A stretch of DNA of 64,000 nt from Octopus sinensis (Eukaryota), in contig NC_043023.1 in assembly GCF_006345805.1 (NCBI RefSeq), positions 9,486,001 through 9,550,000 of the forward strand, read 5' to 3'. The notes under the pieces were generated by a model that saw only the letters and a program-made list of their open reading frames with translations, was not told the origin of the DNA and ran no database searches. The translations under genes were made by a program, and so were the position numbers. Position 1 is the first letter of the stretch. Every line of letters begins with the position of its first letter. Shown here piece by piece: positions 27,850 through 41,787 of the stretch.

Positions 27850-28265
27850 GAGTCAGAAACAGACTACTTAAAAATTTGTTCTTCACAAACTCCTGATCCG
27901 GTGCACCGTGCAAGATATCCCCTAGATCTTTAAGAAAAATGAACCAGCGAATCGAATAAAAAACGCAATGATCACCAGAAAGGAGTTGCAAGAAAATTTA
28001 TTAGCTTCAGGGACTAGTGTTACACTACGAACAATCAGCTATGAACTTCATAGGAATGAACTGAAGTCATGCTCACATAGAAAAACTCCGCTGTTGTCTA
28101 AAAGGCATAGAGATGCCCGTTTAAAATTTGTTTATGAACATAAAGAAAAATCTGATACATTCTGGGAAAATGTTCTATGGACAGACGAGTCGAAAATTGA
28201 ATTGTTTGGACGAAATTCGCGTAGCCATGTTTGAAGAAAAGATGGTACCGCCTATTCGCCGAAAA
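27850..28265 (+). mobile_element. Tc1-family transposase fragment in the intron after exon A/A' (six copies; ORFs at 27968, ~33417, 40750, 46176, 53476, 58814)
   Basis: HTH region ITRKELQENLLASGTSVTLRTIS.ELHR, RKTPLLSKRHRDARLKF, and the first catalytic Asp motif WENVLWTDESKIELFG, followed by a stop or frameshift. Confidence 0.9.
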
Positions 28266-28308
28266 GGACCATCACGATCATCATCGCCAGCACCATCATC
28301 ATCAACGA

Positions 28309-28402
<94 letters not shown>

Positions 28403-28547
28403 GCCATCATCATCATCATCCTCACTCATAATAATCTTCACTCATGATTTTCAGAATGTTCTTCGTTAAATTCTTTCACTACAGCTTATATTTCCTCTAT
28501 TTCTGCATGTAATTCATTAGCGATAATATTTGAAATTTTATGACTAA

Positions 28548-28852
28548 TCTTTATATATAAAACTGAAGTTGTGTGAGAGTCTTTCTCAAACGATTTAGAT
28601 TCCTAACGACTCCCACATTTTGCGGTGCAGTTTAACCAAAAGCGGGTATCTTATAGTCGTGATTCATATCAAGCCCTTCTGGGTATTAGCGCGCGTCTAC
28701 GATGAGTCTACGATTTATAAATAAAATTACCATCATTTTTTCGTTTTTTTAATGCATTTTTGGCTCGGTTTATATCAGGGAAGTAACTCTCTAAAAATGC
28801 TTATATAGTTATTTCCCTTACAAACCCGAGCAACGCCGGGCGATACTGCTAG
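28548..28852 (+). mobile_element. Non-autonomous Helitron (305 bp); copies at 41368-41672 and 54079-54383, 3'-deleted copies at ~34055, ~46797, ~59438
   Basis: 5' TC, 3' CTAG, subterminal GC hairpin CCCGAGCAACGCCGGG, inserted between A and T with no TSD. Confidence 0.85.
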
Positions 28853-28895
28853 TTTCTTATATATTATTTCGTATCAATTATCTTTTATCTTTCAG

Positions 28896-28967
28896 ATATC
28901 TATCCCATAATAAAATCACGAAAATTGAAAACGGACCACTTCGAAATCTTCAGAACTTAATGTATTT
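28896..28967 (+). CDS. LRR micro-exon B, unit 1
   Basis: 72 nt, tctttcAG/GTAAGT; YLSHNKITKIENGPLRNLQNLMY(L). Confidence 0.9.
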
Positions 28968-29786
28968 GTAAGTTGGATCAGTCTTGCTAAGACTACAAAC
29001 TTGACTTCCTTTCTTAAGCCTCTTTAGCCCTTCTCTAATTTTCTCGCATTTTCTCTATACATGTGTATGTCTAAGCGTGTGTGTGTCTGTTTCTGTGAAG
29101 GTTTGTGTGTGTATATATGTGTGTGTAAAGGTGTGTATGTGTGTGTGAAGGCGAGTGCATGTGAATAAGTTTGGATTCTATATCTTTGTGTAATATTATA
29201 TGTATAAGCGTATGCATGTGCATATATATTTGTGTCTGAAATGTGTGGATAACTATTTTCTTTTATTGTTTCCTTTTTCCGTCAGAGATATTGAGCGTAT
29301 CATAAATCTTTGCTCTGCTCTTCCAAAGAGGACTTTTTCGTCGCTTTGAGAACGCGATCTGTTCACTGACAACATTCTGTGCTGCATCTGAGAAAGTAAC
29401 AGTTAGTTCATGATATATACGTACGTATGTGTGTATGTATATATGTATGTATGTATGTATGTATTTATGTATGTATGTATGTATGTAAGTACATACGTAC
29501 ATACTTACATACATACATGCGTATAGGCATGCACACATGCATGCGCACATAGATGTACACATAATTTATTTTATTACCCTATTTACTATGTTTAAATATT
29601 GTTCGATAAATTTGCTCGTAGACTTTCTAACGGCAAGCTCTCTGTTCGCCGGATGTGATTTGCGTCTGCGAACTGGTCTGAAAAGTTAGGGTATACAGGT
29701 CATTAGATTTTCACGTGCTTCTAATGATATGTACTTCTCGGATTACAAAGGCTGCTTGCTGATGAGTCTAGCCATGGCAGATATTA

Positions 29787-29899
29787 ATGACGACTATAAG
29801 AACCCGCTTTTGGTTAACTGCACCGCAAAATGCAGGAGTAGTTAGGAATCTAAATCGGAGGAGACAGACTCTCACACAACTTCAGTTTTATTATAAAGA
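29787..29899 (-). mobile_element. Inverted 5' fragment of the same Helitron family; copies at 42634-42749 and 55345-55460
   Basis: Reverse complement of ~28548-28665. Confidence 0.8.
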
Positions 29900-30132
29900 T
29901 ATATCTGTAAATGTATGTGTGAAGTTCACTCACCAGATAATCGACAACACGTGCCAACCTGTGTGCACATTGGGCATAATTTGAAATCACCATCATACAA
30001 CGACCCCACTGCATCAAATCTCTGCAACAAGTTATACTCACGAGGCGTCTAACGTGGTTTCGAGAAATTTCAACCGTACGGCAGTTAACCCGTTAACCCG
30101 GCACCCCTCCAAAGTTAACAGAAATGGGAGAT

Positions 30133-30180
<48 letters not shown>

Positions 30181-30286
30181 ATCACGTGACCGACCAGACC
30201 ATCAGATGTTGTTACACATCGCTGGTCACAATGCGTTCGCATTGTTTTAGCCTTCGAATGACGCCACCCCACTGGCTAAGCGAGGA

Positions 30287-30369
<83 letters not shown>

Positions 30370-30389
30370 ATATATATATATATATATAC

Positions 30390-30436
<47 letters not shown>

Positions 30437-30457
30437 TATAAATATACATATATAGAT

Positions 30458-30489
<32 letters not shown>

Positions 30490-30500
30490 CATATATATAC

Positions 30501-30583
<83 letters not shown>

Positions 30584-30828
30584 ACATATATATATATATA
30601 TGTAATATGTATATAATTTTCTTACATTATCTCTACTTTATTTATCAAAATAAACCGTCTTCATATTTCTTTTTAACAATCCTTCTCTCTGTTCTAATGT
30701 TTACGTTTCAATCATCATCATCATCATCGTCAAAATGGTGAGTATCTTCCATAATTAGTAGCCCCACCAGGATCATCATCATTAAAATCTCGTCTATATC
30801 ATAACTTGCCAATTCTTTTATCTTACAG

Positions 30829-30900
30829 ACTATTATCCAACAATAATATCTCGAAAATCGAAAAAAAATCCTTCGTAAATCTTCCAGAGTTATATGAGAT
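30829..30900 (+). CDS. LRR micro-exon C, unit 1
   Basis: 72 nt, tcttacAG/GTAAGT; LLSNNNISKIEKKSFVNLPELYE(I). Confidence 0.9.
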
Positions 30901-31684
30901 GTAAGTTGAATCAATTTTGAAGATAACTTTTCTTTGATTATATATTCCTTAGCATTTAATGTATACCCTAGATCCTGGTCTTAAATGTACTCGAAGAATC
31001 TGACTTGATCACTGTGGATAACCAGATTTCCTATTCCTCATTGGTGTCCCAGACTGATCGTGTGCTTCTCGGGTGGCAGTGTAATCCATTTTCCAGGGGC
31101 ATTCACTGATATGTCGCTAACGGATTGTAGCTGAATGCTAAAGACTGGGAACCTAAAGCTATTGGACCACCGCGTTTCCTCAGCAAAATGTATCATTACT
31201 TGGCCGCATTGAATCTCACGAGAACTCATATCTAAAATGCTTTGGGATCCTCCAACCTATCACGACTGATGTTGTTATCAGTGTCGGATCATTTATAAAG
31301 AACGTAATTTGGGTTTGCCGGTCATATGACACGTTGAGAGCCCTAGACACTTTACCCAAATGTTAATTGCAAACCACGAAAAGGTTCATTGAAATTGTAC
31401 TTCTAGTGATAATGCCCTTCACAAAACTGAGCCACTCTGATTTTGTTGGGGTTCCAGAGACTCTCGAACAAAAGATGTCGTAGTTGTAGAGAATAAGAGC
31501 TCTTGATGTTGACAGTACAGATATTAAAAAAAAGACGCGATCACCGCACAAGCAACTACTGTTTCATTATTAATAATAATATTTTCTTTACTGACTGGTC
31601 TCAAGGTTCGCAACATAGAGGGTCTTAAAGCAGAAACACAGAAACATAAAAACAAATAGCTGTACAACCACTCAAACACGCACA

Positions 31685-31753
<69 letters not shown>

Positions 31754-31916
31754 CACTAAGTAAGTTAGGGGTTGTGGATCCAACCCATTATGTATGTATT
31801 ATGGTTGTCGTTTTGATAAAGTCAACATTTTAATATCCTGAAGTTGATGCACCAACTTATGTGCTACTCCATTTTCTTATTTGTAATATATATACATACA
31901 TACATACATACATCAT

Positions 31917-32002
<86 letters not shown>

Positions 32003-32066
32003 TATACTATATATAAATGTAGTATATAATGATATATATTATATATAATGTGTATATATATATATT

Positions 32067-32176
<110 letters not shown>

Positions 32177-32353
32177 AACGCATATAAATATCACCGCACT
32201 GCCAGCGATATCATCTTCATCATCTACGTCATCATGATTATCATCTTCTTCATCTAATATTTTACTTCGTTATCTAATTGATTAGACATAATACTTTAAA
32301 TTTTATGATTACTCTCCTCTATATTATAACTTACCAATTCTTTTATCTTACAG

Positions 32354-32425
32354 ACGATTATCCGATAATAAAATCTCGAAAATTGAAAAAGAATCATTTG
32401 TAAATCTTCCCAAGTTACATGAGAT
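32354..32425 (+). CDS. LRR micro-exon D, unit 1
   Basis: 72 nt, AG/GTAAGT; RLSDNKISKIEKESFVNLPKLHE(I). Confidence 0.9.
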
Positions 32426-33021
32426 GTAAGTTGAATCAGTTTGTAGATATTATTTCCTAAGTATCTAATATCTTCCCATCTTTGTTTCTTATCCTTCTTT
32501 TTGCTCTTTTCTAATTCACATTCTCTCTGAATGTGTGTGCCATGATTTTATGTAATTTGTGTTTGAAATGTGCGGATAAACGTCTTCTTCATTTTCTATT
32601 TCTTACAAATCAAGTTTTACTTGTCTTCACGTCTTTTTCTCTTTATTTTTTCTCCTCTAACTTTTGTATTTATTTCCTTATTTGTCGCCATAATCCTCAT
32701 GTTTATAGTCATGGACACAACCACCACCATCATCGTCAACATCATCATCAACTTCATCATTATTATCTCACACATCATCAGCAGCATCAATGCCACCGAC
32801 GCTATAAACATCATCCACCTCATCATTATACACATCTTCCAACAATATCTCTATCTTCGTTATCAATCACCATCATCGTCGTTGTCATTCATCATTGTCA
32901 TCATCTTCTTCATCAACCTCTTCCATTTCCATTTGTTTATTTTTTCGTCTCTTCCTGCATCGTATTGATTAAATATAATATTTAATATAGTATTTCTTAG
33001 CAATTACCGTTTATTTTACAG

Positions 33022-33092
33022 AGATCTATCCCACAATGCAATTTCAAGTTTGGAACAAAATGCCTTCGAAACACTGACCAAATTAAAACATT
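33022..33092 (+). CDS. LRR micro-exon A', unit 1 (71 nt; one A missing in a run)
   Basis: AG/GTAAGT; DLSHNAISSLEQNAFETLTKLK; TTAAAACATT versus TTAAAAACATT in units 2 and 3. Confidence 0.75.
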
Positions 33093-33841
33093 GTAAGTTG
33101 GATGTGTCTTGCTGATACTACTTTCTGTGCATTCCCCTCTTTATTTGACGTTTCTTGACACGTCTCTAGCTGATATTCACTCTAAATATGTGCGAGACTC
33201 TGTGTGAATCTTAGTGCTTGTTGTGTATAGCTGATGCACTTTGTGAAGAATAAAAATTGCTGCCAACAACTATCCCCAGAATGTAAGAATATCATCACTA
33301 CGGGTTCAGAAACAGACTACTAAAAATTTGTTCTTCACAACCTGATCCGGTGCACCGTGCAAGATTTCCCCTAGATCTTTAAGGAAAATGAACCAGCGAA
33401 TCGAATAAAAAACGCAATGATCACGAGAAAGGAGTTGCAAGAAAATTTATTAGCTTCAGGGACTAGTGTTACACTACGAACAATCAGCAATGAACTTCAT
33501 AGGAATGAACTGAAGTCATGCTCACATAGAAAAACTCCGCTGTTTGTCTAAAGGCATAGAGATGCCCGTTTAAATTTGTTTACGAACATAAAGGATAAAT
33601 CTGATAAATTCTGGGAAAATGTTCTATGGACAGACGAGTCGAAAATTGAATTGTTTGGAGCAATGTTTGGAGGAAAGATGGTACCGCCTATTCTCCGAAA
33701 AGGACCATCACGATCATCATCGCCAGCACCATCATCATCAACGACACCATCCTCATCATCATCATCATCATCGCCATCATCATCATCATCATCGCCATCA
33801 TCATCATCATCTTCACCAACATCAACATCATCATCATCATC

Positions 33842-33907
<66 letters not shown>

Positions 33908-34385
33908 GCCATCATCACCACTTCATCCTCACTCATAATAATCCTCACTCATGATTTTCAGAATGTTCTTCGTTAAATTCTTTCACTACAGCTTATATTT
34001 CCTCTATTTCTGCATGTAATTCATTAGCGATAATATTTGAAATTTTATGACTAATCTTTATATATAAAACTGAAGTTGTGTGAAAGTCTTTCTCAAACGA
34101 TTTAGATTCCTAATTACTCCCACATTTTTCGGTGCAGTTTAACCAAAAGCGGGTATCTTATAGTCGTCATTCATATCAAGCCCTTCTGGGAATTATCGCA
34201 CGTCTATGATGAGTCTACGATTTAAAAATAAAATTACCATAATTTTTTCGTTTTTTTAATGCATTGGATTCTATATCTTTGTGTAATATTATATGTATAA
34301 GCGTATGCATGTGCATATATATTTGTGTCTGAAATGTGTGGATAACATAAAAACAAATAGCTGCACAACCACTCAAACACGCACA

Positions 34386-34436
<51 letters not shown>

Positions 34437-34577
34437 CACTAAGTAAGTTAGGGGTTGTGGATCCAACCCATTATGTATGTATCTTATGGTTGTCGTTTTG
34501 ATAAAGTCAACATTTTAATATCCTGAAGTTGATGCACCAACTTATGTGCTACTCCATTTTCTTATTTGTAATATATA

Positions 34578-34734
<157 letters not shown>

Positions 34735-34784
34735 TATACTATATATAAATGTATGTATATATATGTATATATATATATATATAA

Positions 34785-34831
<47 letters not shown>

Positions 34832-35008
34832 AACGCATATAAATATCACCGCACTGCCAGCGATATCATCTTCATCATCTACGTCATCATGATTATCATC
34901 TTCTTCATCTAATATTTTACTTCGTTATCTAATTGATTAGACATAATACTTTAAATTTTATGATTACTCTCCTCTATATTATAACTTACCAATTCTTTTA
35001 TCTTACAG

Positions 35009-35080
35009 ACGATTATCCGATAATAAAATCTCGAAAATTGAAAAAGAATCATTTGTAAATCTTCCCAAGTTACATGAGAT
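35009..35080 (+). CDS. LRR micro-exon D', unit 1
   Basis: 72 nt, identical to exon D. Confidence 0.9.
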
Positions 35081-35280
35081 GTAAGTTGAATCAGTTTTGT
35101 AGATATTATTTCCTTGATTTCTAAGTATCTAATATCTTCCCATCTTTGTTTCTTATCCTTCTTTTTGCTCTTTTCTAATTCACATTCTCTCTGAATGTGT
35201 GTGCGATGATTTTATGTATATTTGTGTTTGAAATGTGCGGATAACAATGCATTCCGATAAATTTTCCTGTTTCATGAAGC

Positions 35281-35447
35281 ATCTGTTTTACTGACGGTTG
35301 TGGAGATCTGTTCTCTGATGGTCTTAGGATCTGTTCGGTGACGGTCGTAGGATCTCTAATCTGGCGGTCGTAGTATCTGTTCGCTTACAGTCGTAAAATC
35401 TGTTCGCTGAAGGTCGTAGAATCAATTCGTTGACGGTCATGGAGATT
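35281..35447. repeat. Degenerate ~23-bp minisatellite (ATCTGTTCGCTGACGGTCGTAGG), ~7 copies; recurs near 48040 and 60477
   Basis: Directly visible periodicity. Confidence 0.8.
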
Positions 35448-37426
35448 CTTGTGCTTTATATGTACTCAACAAGCTGTGATTGGCTACAGATGACTTGGCA
35501 CAATTCATCCAATACGTGACCACCAAATACAGCTTCCTTGACTCACTTCATGTGGATTTGACGGCATAGAAGCAGCATCCCCTGTTCCAATATCTCACGT
35601 CTTCTGTGTTCCCCATCGACTACTTACAACTCATTTGATGAACATCATATTCGACTCTGCTTGATATAAACCTCTTTGTATATAGACAGTTATGCGATTT
35701 TGCATTTGGACCCGTTTTATACGCAAAACTATGCCTCATTACACTACTGAATAAATTTAACGATCTTGCTTTATGAAATAGCATTGTGGATATTCTTTAT
35801 CAACGCCTTTATAATGAAACATTTTAAATGGATTCTCTCTAGAAACTCTCTTTGAAAATGCTAAATACATACATCTTACAACACTAACACATTTCATATC
35901 GGAGACTTTCTTCACTATGGTCATTAGTAACTCTCCAAGTTACATTGGTAACCCGCTATATTAGTGACGACTATCATCGTTATCGTTACAGCTCTTCTCA
36001 CTGCTGTTATCCCAGTGGATATTGACAATTGACCATGTCGGGGCGCTTTCACTAATTTTCTCATATGCTCTCTACAAATATGGCGTGCCGGGCAAAACCC
36101 ATTTCGTTTCCACTAACAATATAAACCGTGTAGGATGATTATGTAACGCACAAATATCTGGTTTGTGTAGTCGACAACCTTGAATAATAACCGCTCAAGG
36201 TCACCCACTATCTACTGGCTTACAGAATAATCTCTTTAGATATGATCTAATGACCCAACGCTGTTTGCCCAAGTCCATATTGGTGCATTCAAGGAATCCA
36301 GTTGGAAAAGAGTGGTGAGAATTGTGTCTTTAATATACACACCCGACTCTCTTACACCTAGGCACACGCACACACATAACACGAGAAACAAAAGTGATGC
36401 AATTAATACATTAGCTAAACCTGTTGTAGCCAAATAGATTTTAGCATCGTAAAATAGTTCACCAATGATGTTAGAAAAATTTATACGAAAATATACATTT
36501 TTCACAATGGACCACATGCATCACCCAAGATAGATTATGCAGTTCTATATTTAAAAGATGAGGAATTATGTACATTATTTACATTATTTATATTCGATTA
36601 TGCAACGAAAAGATAAGGGTTGTGGATTACTGCTACTTCAACTAGGAGCTTAGACACCTAATTAACAAAAACAAACGACTATCAGTATGAACGTTGTAAG
36701 GAACTGTGCTATACATAAGAAAAAACTGAGACATATATGTGAAGGAGTTGCGGATCAACGAGACTGGGCTACAACGAGATGTATCTGAAGAACCAAGGAT
36801 ATGCGCGAGATCAGCTATCCGCTATTTCTATGTTTATATATTGTGAGCAGGGACGATTGATTACCTTATCTATTAGGCAGGTAAAGACCCAGAAAGCACG
36901 GCCTTGCCAAGCTGGAGGGGAGTGATTTGCCCCCTTTCTCAAAAAATATAGGACACAGATTGTATGCCATTAAGCAGCTGGAAAAGACATTTTCCTTGGG
37001 TTAAAATGTAATAACACAATTATTTATGCTGTTAGAAACATACAAACACATACACGCATAATATATATATGTATATATATAAATATATATATATATATAT
37101 AAAATGTGCTGTAATATTTACAGCTGTTAATAAAATGTTTTAGTTTGAAACAATTGTACTAAATTACCGGATTCATTCTTGTTGCTTATTTTTATATATA
37201 TGTAAATGGATGAATGAATTATCCTTTGTCTACTGCTAACATGGAATTCAATAAACATTTACCAGGGTAGCAAAATTCACGTGAGTAACATGGATGAAGC
37301 GACCTATTCAAAGGTAGAAACTCCGGGTTAATGTGCAATAATTTGTATAGTATAAGTAAATAAATAGAGTTGAACGATGTTATTAAAATTCATTTAATAA
37401 CATCTTCGTTCAACTCCATTTATTTA

Positions 37427-37518
<92 letters not shown>

Positions 37519-37523
37519 TACAT

Positions 37524-37554
<31 letters not shown>

Positions 37555-37706
37555 CATATATACATACACACACACACATATATATGTGTGTCTGTGTGTG
37601 TGCATACACGCATATACTTACAAACAAACATTCATTCCATATACAAGATTTCAATTTGAAAATAAGCATCGTTTAATTCAGTGCAATTTATTTATATGTA
37701 GTTATA

Positions 37707-38507
37707 TATCAGTTCCTCGAATAAGTTCTGTCCGAATTTTGAATAAAGAAAACAAGTGATCAAATGTTACATTTAGAGAGAAGAATCTTTTCCCCACGGA
37801 GTTCCCTTCTCGGTTGTGGTTGAGCTTTTTCCCTTTTACCAAGCCACTGTTTACGATGTTTAACTTTTCGATAGAAAAATCCATTTTTCGTCACCAGTCA
37901 CAAGTCTATACAAAAAAGGTGAAATGAGTTCGCGAGAATGGAGAGAAGAGCAGATGTCAACTCGGGATTTGCGGCTGCTTTCGGGCAGTTCATGAGGCAC
38001 CTATTTTCCACGTTTAAGAACCTTCCAAGTTGTTGAAGAAGACGATGAACAGTTGTATGGTTTGAACTAAGCTTTATTGCCAATTCTTCAAACGATATTG
38101 CAGGATTTTCTTCTAGGAGCTTATCATCAAGCTCAACTGGACGTCCTGTTCAATCTTCATCTTCAAGGCTGAAATCTCCACTTATGAATTTTGCAAACCA
38201 TCTTCTGCAAGTTCTTTCATTCTAGCATTCTTGTATGTTTCGAGTCGTTTCGGCTGCAGAATTTCCCTTTTTGTACTCATAAAGCATTGTGTGTCTTAAA
38301 TACTCGTTGGATACTTCAATGTTAGAAAGGGTTTTAATTAACGAAATTTCATTTCTATTATTCTGTAAAATAATATTTAATTAGTTTAAATGTACACAAA
38401 TTTATTAAAAATAATTTTTAATTCCATTAGACATTCTAATTTACTATTAAATTCCATTCAATTTTAAAAGCTGTAAAATCGGACAGAACTTATGGGATGA
38501 TCTGATA
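37707..38507 (-). mobile_element. Internally deleted mariner element with both TIRs
   Basis: TIRs TATCAGTTCCTCGAATAAGTTCTGTCCGAATTTT and AAAATCGGACAGAACTTATGGGATGATCTGATA. Minus strand encodes EYKKGNSAAETTRNI...ERTCRRWFAKFISGDFSLEDED..GRPVELD (mariner HTH). Confidence 0.88.
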
Positions 38508-39012
38508 GACGAACACAAACGCATGCAATGAGACACATACAGACACATATATACACATATATACACATATACTCACAAATATTTCTATTCGGATCTATGC
38601 AATTATGATTATCATCATAATCACCAGGATCATCTTCCTCATAACCATTACCATTTTCTTTCCAGGATTATGATTATTAATCCTTATCTATACTAATAAT
38701 TACTTATGTTAACATCATCCTTATAATCATCATTATCATTATCAACAGTGATGTTATCACCATCGTTGGCAGCAATCCCACTATGATCAACATTACCAGC
38801 AATGTCAAAGCCCACACAACCACATAATCACCATCATTACTAATACCACCACCACCACTACCACCACCACCACCAGTACCACCACCACCATCACCACCAT
38901 CGCAACTACCACCATCACCACCACCAACCCCACCACCATCGCTACTACCACCATCACCACCACTACCACCATCACCCACCACCATCACTATCACCACCCC
39001 CCCCCCCCCCCC

Positions 39013-39047
<35 letters not shown>

Positions 39048-39227
39048 CTATTATCGTCATCATCATCAGTATTATCATCCCCACGCTCTCAAATAGTACT
39101 TGCTCTTCTAATTCTTTTCCTTCTATTTCAGCATCTAATTTATTAGATATTTATTAGATATTATAATTCATATTTTATTACAAATCTGTTCTTTGCTAAT
39201 TCTAAACAATTGTCTTGTATCTCACAG

Positions 39228-39299
39228 AGATTTGGCCAGAAATGAAATCTCGAAAATCGAACAAAATTCCTTCGTAAACGTTACCAGAGTAAACACCTT
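39228..39299 (+). CDS. LRR micro-exon E, unit 1
   Basis: 72 nt, ctcacAG/GTAAGT; DLARNEISKIEQNSFVNVTRVNT(L). Confidence 0.9.
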
Positions 39300-39670
39300 G
39301 TAAGTCGGATCGATATTGCTGATACTATTTATACTCCATATTTCTGAACATATTTTTTCTTCCCATCTCTCTTTGTCCTTCTCTAACTCGAATTCTTTCT
39401 ACAGATGTGTGCGACAGTATGTGAGAAGATGAGTGTTTCTGGGTTACATCAATGTTTGGTGTTATGTTTATAAGTGTGTGCATGTGTATATATTTGTATC
39501 TTTCAATGTGTGTATAATTATATATTCCTTTAATTTTCTTTTTCATTTTCGTTATCCTTTTCTATCTTTTTTGTGAATTATTAAGCATATCATAAACCAC
39601 CTTTATTACTCTTCCAAATCCGTTGGCTATTTTCAGTCAGAAAGATCATGGGACTGTCACATTGAGTTGA

Positions 39671-39711
<41 letters not shown>

Positions 39712-39731
39712 ATATATATATATATATATAT

Positions 39732-39843
<112 letters not shown>

Positions 39844-40340
39844 TATATATGATGTATACATGAACTCTCACATACAGATGTGTAAACTAATCTCCCTTAT
39901 CTCGTTCGTCTTCTTCATTTTCTATTTCTTACGAATCTATTTTTACTTGTCTTCACGTCTTTTCTCTTTATTTTTTCTCCTCTAACTTTTGTATTTATTT
40001 CCTTATTTGTCGCCATAATCCTCATGTTTATAGTCATGGACACAACCACCACCATCATCGTCAACATCATCATCAACTTCATCATTATTATCTCACCATC
40101 ATCATCAGCAGCAATGCCACCGACACTATAAACATCATCCACCTCATCATTATACCCATCTTCATCAATATCACTATGTTCGTTATCAATCACCATCATC
40201 ATCGTTGTCATTCATCATTGTCCTCATCATCTCCATCAACTTCTTTCATTTCCATTTATTTTTTCTTCTCTTCCTGCATCGTATTGATTAAATATAATAT
40301 TTAATATAGTATTTCTTAGCAATTACCGTTTATTTTACAG

Positions 40341-40412
40341 AGATCTATCCCACAATGCAATTTCAAGTTTGGAACAAAATGCCTTCGAAACACTGACCGA
40401 AATAGAAAGATT
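40341..40412 (+). CDS. LRR micro-exon A, unit 2
   Basis: 72 nt; DLSHNAISSLEQNAFETLTEIER(L). Confidence 0.92.
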
Positions 40413-41090
40413 GTAAGTTGGATGTGTCTTGCTGATACTACTTTCTGTGCATTCCCCTCTTTATTTGACGTTTCTTGACACGTCTCTAGCTGATATTCAC
40501 TCTAAATATATGCGAGACTCTGTGTGAATCTTAGTGCTTGTTGTGTATATGTGATGCACTTTGTGAAGAATAACAAAGATTAAAAATTGCTGCCAACAAC
40601 TATCTCCAGAATGTAAGAATATCATCGCTACGAGTTCAGAAACAGACTACTTAAAAATTTGTTCTTCACAACTCCTGATCCGGTGCACCGTGCAAGATAT
40701 CCCCTAGATCTTTAAGAAAAATGAACCAGCGAATCGAATAAAAAACGCAATGATCACCAGAAAGGAGTTGCAAGAAAATTTATTAGCTTCAGGGACTAGT
40801 GTTACACTACGAACAATCAGCAATGAACTTCATAGGAATGAACTGAAGTCATGCTCTCATAGAAAAACTCCGCTGTTGTCTAAAAGGCATAGAGATGCCC
40901 GTTTAAAATTTGTTTATGAACATAAAGAAAAATCTGATACATTCTGGGAAAATGTTCTATGGACAGACGAGTCGAAAATTGAATTGTTTGGACGGAATTC
41001 GCGTAGCCATGTTTGAAGGAAAGATGGTACCGCCTATTCGCCGAAAAGGGCCATCACGATCATCATCGCCAGCACCATCATCATCAACGA

Positions 41091-41220
<130 letters not shown>

Positions 41221-41715
41221 GCCATCATCACCACTTCATCCTCACTCATAATAATCCTCACTCATGATTTTCAGAATGTTCTTCGTTAAATTCTTTCACT
41301 ACAGCTTATGTTTCCTCTATTTCTGCATGTAATTCATTAGCGATAATATTTGAAATTTTATGACTAATCTTTATATATAAAACTGAAGTTGTGTGAGAGT
41401 CTTTCTCAAACGATTTAGATTCCTAACTACTCCCACATTTTGCGGTGCAGTTTAACCAAAAGCGGGTATCTTATAGTCGTGATTCATATCAAGCCCTTCT
41501 GGGTATTAGCGCGCGTCTACGATGAGTCTACGATTTATAAATAAAATTACCATCATTTTTTCGTTTTTTTAATGCATTTTTTGCTCGGTGTATATAAGGG
41601 AAGTAACTCTCTAAAAATGCTTATGTAGTTATTTCCCTTACAAACCCGAGCAACGCCGGGCGATACTGCTAGTTTCTTATATATTATTTCGTATCAATTA
41701 TCTTTTATCTTTCAG

Positions 41716-41787
41716 ATATCTATCCCATAATAAAATCACGAAAATTGAAAACGGATCACTTCGAAATCTTCAGAACTTAATGTATTT
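41716..41787 (+). CDS. LRR micro-exon B, unit 2
   Basis: 72 nt; YLSHNKITKIENGSLRNLQNLMY(L). Confidence 0.92.

Noticed and set aside
27968-28234. Domesticated Tc1 transposase acting as a rearranging enzyme for the LRR array
   Set aside because: All copies stop or frameshift just after the first catalytic Asp and were passively co-duplicated; no recombination signal pairs were seen around the exons.
28128-28469. Poly-Ser, poly-His and poly-Asp ORFs repeated six times
   Set aside because: (CAT)n tract fused to a Tc1 fragment inside an intron; length varies freely between copies.
35281-35447. Short regular repeats (also 8135-8315) as a CRISPR-like array
   Set aside because: Head-to-tail with no unique spacers, eukaryotic context, no cas genes.
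38704-39084. Gly-rich ORF with hydrophobic ends resembling a membrane protein (also 51426-51806)
   Set aside because: Derived from (CAC)n/(CAT)n repeats, antisense to the LRR gene, with no splice or start context.
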